This document shows positions 8,520 through 15,604 of a stretch of 24,000 nucleotides of DNA, one piece after another. The stretch is from NCBI RefSeq assembly GCF_927798095.1, contig NZ_CAKMMF010000026.1:63097-87096 (forward strand). The letters are read 5' to 3'. Source of the stretch: Paenibacillus plantiphilus. GTDB taxonomy: Bacteria > Bacillota > Bacilli > Paenibacillales > Paenibacillaceae. Position 1 is the stretch's first letter, and every line of letters begins with the position of its first letter. The notes under the pieces were generated by a model. That model made no database searches. It saw only the letters and a list, made by a program, of their open reading frames with translations, and was not told where the DNA came from. Made by a program: the position numbers and the translations under genes.

Positions 8520-10025
8520 TTAATCCGCCGTATCCAGCTTAATCGTCTCAATATGCCGGTGCATCGCGCCATACCCGTTCGCCGTCTGTGCGATATAGTT
8601 AAGAACGGTGTCGCTCCAGCCATAGATATAGAAGGTATTCTGATCCTGCTGCGGCGTCATTGCATGCCGATAAGGCGCAATGTCGATAATAAATGCCTTT
8701 ACGTCCCGATTGACGGACGCTCTATATTGCTGCAAGGCGACATAGAACGGGCTGCCGCTGTTCTGCTGCTCGTCTGTAATAATGATGATCTGATCGACCT
8801 TGCGGCGCTCGTGGAGCAGCTTGCGAATCGGAGCGCCTGTATCTGTTCCTCCGCGTGCCCGAATACGCTCGGCCTGCGTTAGAATGCTGTCGCGCCGCGA
8901 TGGTCTGGCATCCTCCACCTCGGTATTGAACAGCCAGAACAGGGAGCTACCATTCGTCTTCTTGTACAGAGCCAGCGCAAATACAGAGCCAATCTGCAAA
9001 TAATCACCGCTCATGGAGCCGGAAATATCGAGGAAAATCGCTGTCCTGTCCGCCAAGTCCGGCAGATTCACGAACGTCAATTCCACTGCATCCCGAAGCG
9101 CGTCCCGCAGCACCGGGTGATCCACCTGCCCGAACGCTTTCGCGAATCGGAACGGGAGAATCTTCGCCTTCTCCAATGCCCGCTGATCGGTCAAGCGGCG
9201 AACCGCTGCCGCCACATTAGCCGGGTCATCCATCACGCCTTCACGCTGCAGCGTGTTCAAATGACGCAGCAGCGCGAAGGTCGGCATCTGATGAAACAGC
9301 GCTTCCCATACTGCCCGGGAAGGCTTGATGGCGCCGGTGACGATCTCGTAGGGCAGCCTGCCCTTATTGATCCAATGCAGCTGCTCCGCTTCCGTCGCCG
9401 CCTGCTTCAACCGCTCGAACGCCTCCACTTGCGGAACAAGGAGCAGGTTCGCTTCCTTGCCGCGCAAATAGCGGTACAATGCCTGCTGCTTCAAGTCAGC
9501 CGGCTTCGGGTGCGCGGTCGCAATTGCGTCGCCCAAGCTGTAGCCGCGTCCCCGTCCATTGTACTTCAGCGCCCAATATTCCGAGATGCCGGATAGAAAA
9601 CGGTTCACCTGTCTTTTGACCGCGCGGCCACCCTCTCCACGCCCCAATCCACGCATAATCATTAGAAAATCGGACAAGTCCGAAGGGATTCGAATCACTT
9701 GCAGGAATATAGGCGCGAACAGGTCCGGGCGATAGAGGGATAGAATGGCCAGCCCGAATATCGGCTGCAGCCGCATATAGCCTTCATTGCGCGCAAAGAC
9801 GACAGCCTGTGCCATGAACTGCGGATTGCTTCTCGCCATCTCATGGTGCAGCTCAACGGATTCTGATAGAAGCTCCTGCCCGTCCGCATAGAACGTATTG
9901 CCCAATGTATTGGTCATCAGCGTCTGCACATACTGCTCTTCGGCAGAACGGATGTAGGCGGGATAACCGTCTTTATTCCTAGCAGTCGGTCTGATCACCG
10001 AGAATAATTTTTTTGCAAAGCTCAT
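8520..10025 (-). CDS. rsr: Ro60-related protein Rsr (TROVE domain plus vWA domain)
   Basis: 501 aa counted from the ATG at 10025 (MSFAKKLF), which is preceded by AAGGAGG at 8 nt. The ORF-track start at 10073 has no SD. The N-terminal two-thirds look like a helical TROVE region (GYPAYIRSAEEQYVQTLMTNTLGNTFYADG..., AVVFARNEGYMRLQP). The C-terminus is a vWA fold with MIDAS motif FLDISGSMSG ... GGTDTG ... IIIITDEQ. A Y-RNA-like gene directly upstream supports the call. Confidence 0.85.
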   Translation of the reverse strand: MSFAKKLFSVIRPTARNKDGYPAYIRSAEEQYVQTLMTNTLGNTFYADGQELLSESVELHHEMARSNPQFMAQAVVFARNEGYMRLQPIFGLAILSLYRPDLFAPIFLQVIRIPSDLSDFLMIMRGLGRGEGGRAVKRQVNRFLSGISEYWALKYNGRGRGYSLGDAIATAHPKPADLKQQALYRYLRGKEANLLLVPQVEAFERLKQAATEAEQLHWINKGRLPYEIVTGAIKPSRAVWEALFHQMPTFALLRHLNTLQREGVMDDPANVAAAVRRLTDQRALEKAKILPFRFAKAFGQVDHPVLRDALRDAVELTFVNLPDLADRTAIFLDISGSMSGDYLQIGSVFALALYKKTNGSSLFWLFNTEVEDARPSRRDSILTQAERIRARGGTDTGAPIRKLLHERRKVDQIIIITDEQQNSGSPFYVALQQYRASVNRDVKAFIIDIAPYRHAMTPQQDQNTFYIYGWSDTVLNYIAQTANGYGAMHRHIETIKLDTAD

Positions 10026-10104
10026 GAAGAGCGCCTCCTTGATAGATCGGCGGGAAGAGGAGCAATACCCCATACATAAGCCGATTAGTGATGATTATTA
10101 ATTT

Positions 10105-10208
10105 GGAGCGAGGAAGGTCGTTAAGAAGGCATGCGGCATACCGGCCGAACAGCCGATGACTACCGCTCTTATACTTGGACGAAGTAGCCCTCTTTGGCGC
10201 CTCGCTCC
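10105..10208 (-). ncRNA. Second structured RNA module, homologous to the YrlA-like RNA but without a tRNA-like domain (candidate second Y RNA or structured rsr leader)
   Basis: On the minus strand, outer stem GGAGCGAGG (10208-10200) pairs perfectly with CCTCGCTCC (10113-10105). Inner stem AAGAGGGC (10194-10187) pairs with GCCTTCTT (10130-10123), with one G-U. An apical hairpin is CATCGGC-tgttcg-GCCG(gt)ATG. Its 5' strand GAGGcgccaAAGAGGGCtacttcg parallels GAGGcgcatGGAAGGGTtacttcg in the upstream module. Confidence 0.45.
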
Positions 10209-10209
10209 T

Positions 10210-10371
10210 GATGAAGCGATTGCAGATCGATTGAGGAAAAGGACGGAAAGGTGCCGCTCTACCATCTGAGCTATCCCGCCTTGCGGCGGGAGTTGGACTC
10301 GAACCAACGACATGCCGATTGGAAGTCGAAGTAACCCTTCCATGCGCCTCAATGATCTTCGCGAAGCATCC
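10210..10371 (-). ncRNA. yrlA: YrlA-class bacterial Y RNA candidate with circularly permuted tRNA-like domain
   Basis: The minus strand reads GATCATTGAGG-cgcat-GGAAGGGT-(25 nt)-GTTGG ttcgagt CCAAC-TCCCGCC-gcaa-GGCGGGA-ta-GCTC agatggta GAGC-ggc-ACCTTTCC-gtcctttt-CCTCAAT(C)GATC. That gives a canonical T arm (10308-10292). A 7-bp acceptor stem is capped by a 4-nt loop (10291-10274), with the 3' strand before the 5' strand. A canonical D arm with GG follows. No anticodon arm is present. In its place are an 8-bp helix and an 11-bp helix with one bulged C (10357-10347 / 10236-10225). The core spans 10225-10357; the outer limits are uncertain. It lies immediately upstream of rsr on the same strand. 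Confidence 0.7.
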
Positions 10372-10483
10372 AGCTTGCTAGACTTGCTAAACTCTCCAGC
10401 TTGCAATGTCGGCTTCACTCCCCTATCATCACTTATTTCAAGCTGGACGAACATGGCGAAAGTATGGCGACCCTGCAATTCCA

Positions 10484-10492
10484 TGTTATAAT
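10484..10492 (+). promoter_or_regulatory. Extended -10 promoter element (TGtTATAAT) for the GNAT-ABC-GNAT operon
   Basis: TG-n-TATAAT lies at 10484-10492, about 30 nt upstream of the ATG at 10523. The -35 region is poor (atggcg), which is tolerated at extended -10 promoters. Confidence 0.5.
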
Positions 10493-10522
10493 GGGCCCAA
10501 CAGCAAAGGGGAGATTTCTAGC

Positions 10523-11074
10523 ATGAGCTATTACTTTCAAATCTGCGCAACCGAGCGCTATCAAGAAAAGTACATCAGCTTCTTACTTGAGCATTATTCA
10601 GCACTCAACCTGCCCTATTCATTCCCAGTGGCGCTGAGCTATATTGCTAGTCCCGTTCTTATGACTGAAGAAGCTATTCTATACTTTGACCATAATGATG
10701 AAATAGCAGGCGCACTCGGATACATATACGGAACTGGCGAGCAGCACTATCAGGATACGGGCATCGTTCAGCTCCAAACTATATTTCTATTGGATAAGTA
10801 CCGCGGAACCCGTCTTTTCCTGGAAGGCCTGCAATACCTCACACAATATTTGGCGCAGCTCGACAGGGGGATCACAGAGCTTCGATTCTGGGTCCCAGCA
10901 AATAATCCGCAGCTTCGCCGATTGTGCGGCAAGCTGGCTCAGCGAACCGTCTCCGGCGAGACCGCCTTCGGAATGATAGACGAATACAGGTTGCCACTGC
11001 CACAGCTGCAGCAATATGTCGCCCGCTTCCGTCATGAATCCTACTTTGAAACCTATCGAGGGCATACAGTATGA
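10523..11074 (+). CDS. GNAT-like (acyl-CoA N-acyltransferase fold) protein, paralog 1
   Basis: 183 aa from the ATG at 10523, preceded by AAGGGGAG. The ORF-track start at 10406 would overlap the Y-RNA region and has no SD. It has a GNAT-like beta4-alpha3 segment IVQLQTIFLLDKYRGTRLFLEGLQYLTQYLAQ followed by ELRFWVPANNPQLRRLCGKLA. Its TGA stop overlaps the ATG of the ABC gene (ATGA at 11071-11074). It is a clear paralog of the 13242..13766 product. Confidence 0.7.
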   Translation: MSYYFQICATERYQEKYISFLLEHYSALNLPYSFPVALSYIASPVLMTEEAILYFDHNDEIAGALGYIYGTGEQHYQDTGIVQLQTIFLLDKYRGTRLFLEGLQYLTQYLAQLDRGITELRFWVPANNPQLRRLCGKLAQRTVSGETAFGMIDEYRLPLPQLQQYVARFRHESYFETYRGHTV

Positions 11075-13227
11075 TCATGGTCCTTCGAAATCTGGCAAGC
11101 TATCTTCGCCCGTACAAGCTGCTGTCCTTCCTCTTTTTTGCCGGACTGTTCCTGGATCTCGCTTTCGTTTCTCTTGCTCCCTTGAGCTTCAAGTTCATGG
11201 TGGACAACGCGATCATCCCCCATGATTTCGGACAATTCTACCTGATCCTCTCCATCCTTGGAATCGCAGGCTTAATTGGCTTCAGCTCAGGCATTATAAG
11301 CGACTACATATTATCCAAATTGAGCGCCCGCGTACAAAGAGACCTGCGCAGCGGCTTATTCGCTCACCTTCAACATGTGAATATCGCCTTCTTCCAGCGC
11401 ACTCGCGCCAGCGACCTGCTCTCCTATCTCTCTGGCGACTTATCCGCAATCGACCGGGCAATGACGGTCATTCTGACGACAGGCATTCAATCTGTGTCCG
11501 TTGTAATCATTAGCGCGGGCGTGCTCTTCACATTAGAATGGAGCATGGCCGTACTCGTACTGATCGGCGCCGTTCTTATATTCACCGGACCTTACCTGCT
11601 CGGCGGACGTGCTCAAGCCATCAATGCCCAGTACAAGGATCAGATGTCGCTTATGACTGGCGATGTCCAAGAGAACATTAAAGCACAGCGGGTCATTAAA
11701 GGCTTCCATCTGCAGCAGCTCATGATCGACAAGTTCCATACAAGACTGCAATCCTTATTCGTCATCGATTATAAGAAGAATGTGATCAACTCCAGTCTGG
11801 AGCGCATCCCGATGATTAGTCTGCTGCTGATCAACTTCACCATTATCGGGTTCGGCTCCTACCTTGCGCTGCAAGGCCAAATTACGGTAGGCGCGCTTGT
11901 CGCGTTCTTCACGATGTATACCTCGATGGGCAACTCGGTATTCAACCTGACCTTCGCTATTCCGGCTTTCACAGATGCGAAGGTGAGCATGGATCGCATT
12001 CAACAGCTTCTTGTAGAGCTGCCCGAAGCCAATGGGACAGTGCAGCTCCAGCCGCTGCCGAATCAACAGCTTGACATTGAAGCCCGCGAGCTGACTTTCC
12101 GATATGCGGAAAAGCAGGATGTATTGAAGGACATTAACCTGCATATCCCGCCAGGAACGACGGCAGCATTCGTAGGCTCCAGCGGCTCCGGGAAAAGCAC
12201 GATGGTGCAGCTTATTCTCGGCTTCTACGCCCCCAACGAGGGGCATATTCGAATAAACGGCATCAGCCTGCAGGAAATGGACAAGGGCTCCTTGCGTGAG
12301 CAGATCGGCATTGTGTTTCAGGATAACTTCCTTTTTCGGGGCACGATTATGGACAATTTACGTTTGAGCAAGCCCCATGCCACCAGGGAAGAAGTGATTC
12401 AAGCGGCTGCAAAAGCCGAGATTGACGGCTTCATTCAAAGCCTGCCGGATGGTTATGAGACCGAGGTACTGGATGAGGGAGGCAATTTCTCCGGCGGTCA
12501 GCGCCAGCGAATAGCTATCGCCCGCGCTATCCTTAGAGATCCGCAGATTCTGCTGCTCGACGAGGCAACCTCCGCTCTGGACCCGATCTCGGAAGCCTCC
12601 ATTAACGAAACGTTCCGCCGCTTAGCGCATAATCGCACGGTGGTCACCGTCACTCATCGGCTGTCTGCAATAACGGATGCGGACCAAATTTTTGTATTTG
12701 ATCAAGGAAAGCTGATCGAAAGCGGCACTCATAGAGAGATGCTCGCTGCAGAAGGGTACTATAAAGAGCTGTGGGATAAGCAGAACGGACTGTCTGTATC
12801 GCCAAGCGGCGAAGAGGCGGAGATTGATGAGAACCGGCTTGCGAGACTGCCTTTTTTCCGAGATATGAACATTGACGTGCTTCGCGAAATCAAAGATTTA
12901 TTCAACACAGAAACATTCAGCGCCGGACAAGCGGTCATTCATGAGGGGGAAGCAGGCAACAAGTTCTATATCATCGCCCGCGGCAAAGTAGAAATTTCAA
13001 AACGTCCCGTTGGAGATGCAGAGCGCATCCGGTTAGCCATACTCGCGGACGGGGATCACTTCGGGGAAATTGCGCTGCTGGAAAATGTCCCGCGAACTGC
13101 GGATGTATCGGCATTGACGGAATGCACCTTTCTTACCCTGCAGCGCAAAGTGCTTCATTATGTCCTGTCTCAATATCCCGAGCTTGATGCCCGCGTCCGA
13201 GAGAAGTTAAAGGAACGCTACAACTAG
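11071..13227 (+). CDS. ABC exporter half-transporter (6-TM type I exporter TMD plus NBD) fused to a C-terminal cyclic-nucleotide-binding (CAP_ED) domain
   Basis: The N-terminal ~300 aa are hydrophobic helices. The NBD has Walker A GSSGSGKST, signature FSGGQRQR, Walker B ILLLDEATSALD and H-loop VTHR. The last ~132 aa (nt ~12829-13224) form a cNMP-binding domain: LPFFRDMNIDVLREI..., GEAGNKFYIIARGKVEI, and phosphate-binding cassette FGEIALLENVPRTADV with the conserved Arg. Confidence 0.9.
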   Translation: MIMVLRNLASYLRPYKLLSFLFFAGLFLDLAFVSLAPLSFKFMVDNAIIPHDFGQFYLILSILGIAGLIGFSSGIISDYILSKLSARVQRDLRSGLFAHLQHVNIAFFQRTRASDLLSYLSGDLSAIDRAMTVILTTGIQSVSVVIISAGVLFTLEWSMAVLVLIGAVLIFTGPYLLGGRAQAINAQYKDQMSLMTGDVQENIKAQRVIKGFHLQQLMIDKFHTRLQSLFVIDYKKNVINSSLERIPMISLLLINFTIIGFGSYLALQGQITVGALVAFFTMYTSMGNSVFNLTFAIPAFTDAKVSMDRIQQLLVELPEANGTVQLQPLPNQQLDIEARELTFRYAEKQDVLKDINLHIPPGTTAAFVGSSGSGKSTMVQLILGFYAPNEGHIRINGISLQEMDKGSLREQIGIVFQDNFLFRGTIMDNLRLSKPHATREEVIQAAAKAEIDGFIQSLPDGYETEVLDEGGNFSGGQRQRIAIARAILRDPQILLLDEATSALDPISEASINETFRRLAHNRTVVTVTHRLSAITDADQIFVFDQGKLIESGTHREMLAAEGYYKELWDKQNGLSVSPSGEEAEIDENRLARLPFFRDMNIDVLREIKDLFNTETFSAGQAVIHEGEAGNKFYIIARGKVEISKRPVGDAERIRLAILADGDHFGEIALLENVPRTADVSALTECTFLTLQRKVLHYVLSQYPELDARVREKLKERYN

Positions 13228-13241
13228 GAGGCTTCCCTATT

Positions 13242-13766
13242 ATGACTGCACATCATCTCCGAATCTGCCGAACGGACGAGGATTTCGTCCAATTCACGCT
13301 CTTTTTCATCCGGCACCGTAAGGATTTCAGCAGTAATTTCAGTCTGTCCGACACGTTGATACACACGCTGGAAACGATTCAGACCTCAAATATTCAACTC
13401 ATCTTGGACGAGAGCGATCGAACAATTGGCTGGGTGATCTACCGCTATGTTACAGCGGACTACGAGCCACATCCCCAGGGTGAAATCGTCTTTATAGATT
13501 CAGTGATTATTGCTAGGGAGTATCGCAGCAGCCGCTTGTTCGTTACCGGCCTGCGCCAGTTGCTCCGACATATTGCAGCAGAGAACCGTCATGTGCGCAC
13601 CTTTCAATTCTTCGCCCTCCAGAATGACCGCTATTTGACCCGGCTGTATTCCAAATTCGCCACAATTACGGGGCAGAGAGACGGCTATCACGGAACAGAA
13701 AACATATTTTCCAATAATTTCTATAATGTTTTAAAATACTTTGATATATCTGACAATTTAAGTTGA
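13242..13766 (+). CDS. GNAT-like protein, paralog 2
   Basis: 174 aa, with GGAGG 9 nt upstream and a start 14 nt after the ABC stop. IVFIDSVIIAREYRSSRLFVTGLRQLLRHIAA...TFQFFALQNDRYLTRLYSKFA aligns position by position with paralog 1 (YR-x-x-RLF, GL, N-x-x-L-x-RL-x-K-x-A). Confidence 0.7.
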   Translation: MTAHHLRICRTDEDFVQFTLFFIRHRKDFSSNFSLSDTLIHTLETIQTSNIQLILDESDRTIGWVIYRYVTADYEPHPQGEIVFIDSVIIAREYRSSRLFVTGLRQLLRHIAAENRHVRTFQFFALQNDRYLTRLYSKFATITGQRDGYHGTENIFSNNFYNVLKYFDISDNLS

Positions 13767-13792
13767 CCCCATATTATTCCACATGATATTCT
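13763..13792 (+). promoter_or_regulatory. Putative promoter for the small ORF
   Basis: TTGACC (13763-13768), an 18-nt spacer, then TGaTATTCT (13784-13792, extended -10 type). It lies about 45 nt upstream of the small ORF's ATG. Confidence 0.4.
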
Positions 13793-13836
13793 AAAAGAAA
13801 TCTACATCTTACAATCTATATTAAGGAGGTGGCACA

Positions 13837-13944
13837 ATGTTTCCACCAAAAGCTGGATTCAATAACAAGGGTAAGAAAACCCCTCTTTCATTCGCTGATT
13901 TGCTTAAGCTTAATGAGCAGCTTCGCGTATCTGCTGCAAAATAA
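13837..13944 (+). CDS. Small basic protein, 35 aa (MFPPKAGFNNKGKKTPLSFADLLKLNEQLRVSAAK); below the ORF-track length cutoff
   Basis: A near-consensus SD, TAAGGAGGTG (13822-13831), lies 5 nt upstream of the ATG. It has its own candidate promoter. The stop at 13942-13944 is 17 nt before the IS left end. The central segment KK-x-x-LSFADLLKLNEQL reminds me of the FbpB-type small basic proteins of Bacilli, but that is from memory only. Confidence 0.5.
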   Translation: MFPPKAGFNNKGKKTPLSFADLLKLNEQLRVSAAK

Positions 13945-14048
13945 TCCGTTTCATATTACGAACAGAAGGCTGTCCCTTTAAGTGATATGCTCCCCATACA
14001 GTAGACAGGTGAAATAATAAAACCTGATACTGTAAGGGGAGTTTTTTT

Positions 14049-14726
14049 ATGCATAAAAAGAAGCATACAGCTTCAGAGAAATTAGCAATCATTCAGGAAA
14101 TTGAGAGTGGTCGTATTGGCGTTAAAGCTGCTGTTAAAACATTTGCTGTTTCCAAAACATCCTTAGCGAAATGGCGACGAACGTATCGGCTGTTTGGCTA
14201 TGAAGGACTAGAGGCTCAAACCCATAACCGAAGCTATTCCACCGAGCTTAAGATTCAAGCTGTAAAAGACCATCTTGAAGGGGGCTTGTCTCAATACCAA
14301 GTTATCGACAAGTACAGGATTGCAAGCAGAACACAACTCGCGAACTGGATTAAGAAGTATAATGGTCATATCAGCCTTCGAGCTTATACAGGGGGAATAA
14401 CAGCTATGACCAAAGGACGCACAACAACATGGCAGGAGAGGATCGACATTGTCCTTTATTGCCTGGCAAATGGACAAGACTACAGGAAGACAGCGGACCA
14501 ATTCCAAGTCTCCTACCAGCAAGTGTACGGATGGGTAAGGAAACATAAAGCAGGCGGCCAAGAGGCTCTGCGAGACGGAAGAGGACGCACAAAAGCGCCA
14601 GAGGAGCTGACGGAGTCGGATCAGCATAAACTTGCCCTGAAGAAGATGGAGTACGAGAACGAACGGCTCCGGGCGGAGAATGCATTCTTAAAAAAGTTGC
14701 AGGAATTAGAAAGGAGGCGACTCTAA
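14049..14726 (+). CDS. IS3-family transposase OrfA (HTH domains plus leucine-zipper-like C-terminus)
   Basis: HTH segments occur repeatedly (SEKLAIIQEIESGRIGVKAAVKTFAVSKTSLAKWRR; LSQYQVIDKYRIASRTQLANWIKKY; DYRKTADQFQVSYQQVYGWVRKH). The coiled-coil tail is LALKKMEYENERLRAENAFLKKLQELE. Confidence 0.9.
   Translation: MHKKKHTASEKLAIIQEIESGRIGVKAAVKTFAVSKTSLAKWRRTYRLFGYEGLEAQTHNRSYSTELKIQAVKDHLEGGLSQYQVIDKYRIASRTQLANWIKKYNGHISLRAYTGGITAMTKGRTTTWQERIDIVLYCLANGQDYRKTADQFQVSYQQVYGWVRKHKAGGQEALRDGRGRTKAPEELTESDQHKLALKKMEYENERLRAENAFLKKLQELERRRL
14690..14696 (+). promoter_or_regulatory. Programmed -1 ribosomal frameshift heptamer A_AAA_AAG
   Basis: In the orfA frame the codons are tta-AAA-AAG (14688-14696). 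The -1 frame is open from here to 15604 (KKVAGIRKEATLSEQRQENVYLAIQ...). This is the classic IS3/IS150 slippery motif. Confidence 0.8.
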
Positions 14727-15604
14727 GCGAGCAACGACAAGAGAACGTCTACCTTGCTATCCAAGCCGTACAGCAAGCGGAGTCGCTTAGCATACAGGTT
14801 CTGTGTGAGGTTGCGGAGATCCCACGATCGAGCTATTACAAGTGGCTGAATCGTATTCCCAGCACTAGAGAAACGGAGAACAAAGCGCTAACGGAGGTCA
14901 TGATGGCCTTGTACGAGAAAGTCGAAGGCATATTCGGCTATCGCCAATTACCACTCCATATGCGACGCCAAACCCAGAAATCAATGAACCACAAACGCGT
15001 GCAACGCTTGATGAAGATAAAGGGAATCCAGTCGGTGATCCGCAGAAAGAAAAAGAAGTATGAGCGTTCTACGCCGCAGCAGGTGGCCGAGAATGTATTG
15101 AACCGCGAGTTTCAAGCGGAGGCACCGAACGAGAAGTGGCTAACGGACGTAACGGAATTCAAGTACGGCAATAGTCAGAAAGCGTATTTAAGCGCGATAC
15201 TCGATCTTCATGATAAATCGATCGTCTCTTATGTATTCGGACATTCCAATAATAATCCGCTTGTATTTGAGACGTTAAAATTGGCCTTAATATCCGTATC
15301 CGAGAGCAAGCCATTGCTTCATAGCGACCGTGGCTTTCAGTATACTTCTTTACGGTTTAAGGAAATGCTCGATAAGGCTGAGCTCAAGCAGAGCATGTCT
15401 CGCGTTGGCTGTTGCATTGATAACGGTCCCATGGAATCCTTCTGGGGAACTTTGAAATGCGAGAAATATTATTTGCATACCTACCAGACCTTTGAACAAC
15501 TGAAAAGTGACATTGATGACTACATTCACTTTTACAATTACGAACGATTGCAGGCAAAATTAAACGGCCTCAGTCCTATGGAATTCAGGACAAAGGCCGC
15601 CTAA
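14696..15604 (+). CDS. IS3-family transposase OrfB portion (DDE/rve integrase core), expressed as an OrfAB fusion by -1 frameshifting
   Basis: The -1 frame relative to orfA is continuous from the slippery site onward. The catalytic region has WLTDVTEF (D), LHSDRGFQYTS (D) and NGPMESFWGTLKCE (E). The ORF track only reports the segment from the internal ATG at 14900. Confidence 0.85.
   Translation, partial: VAGIRKEATLSEQRQENVYLAIQAVQQAESLSIQVLCEVAEIPRSSYYKWLNRIPSTRETENKALTEVMMALYEKVEGIFGYRQLPLHMRRQTQKSMNHKRVQRLMKIKGIQSVIRRKKKKYERSTPQQVAENVLNREFQAEAPNEKWLTDVTEFKYGNSQKAYLSAILDLHDKSIVSYVFGHSNNNPLVFETLKLALISVSESKPLLHSDRGFQYTSLRFKEMLDKAELKQSMSRVGCCIDNGPMESFWGTLKCEKYYLHTYQTFEQLKSDIDDYIHFYNYERLQAKLNGLSPMEFRTKAA

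Noticed and set aside
10245-10310. A conventional tRNA gene or tRNA pseudogene on the minus strand (canonical D arm, T arm and 7-bp acceptor stem)
   Set aside because: The element order is T arm, 3' acceptor strand, 4-nt loop, 5' acceptor strand, D arm. The acceptor stem is capped and the molecule is circularly permuted. There is no anticodon arm and no free CCA end. This fits a tRNA-mimicking Y RNA module, not a tRNA.
10098-10484. 128-aa minus-strand ORF from the ORF track
   Set aside because: It has no SD, its composition is Arg/Ser/Leu-rich and low-complexity, and it lies entirely over the two highly structured RNA modules upstream of rsr. I judge it spurious.
13910-14092. 60-aa minus-strand ORF spanning the left IS boundary
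   Set aside because: It crosses the IS terminal inverted repeat and overlaps both the small plus-strand ORF's 3' end and the orfA start. It has no SD and is spurious.
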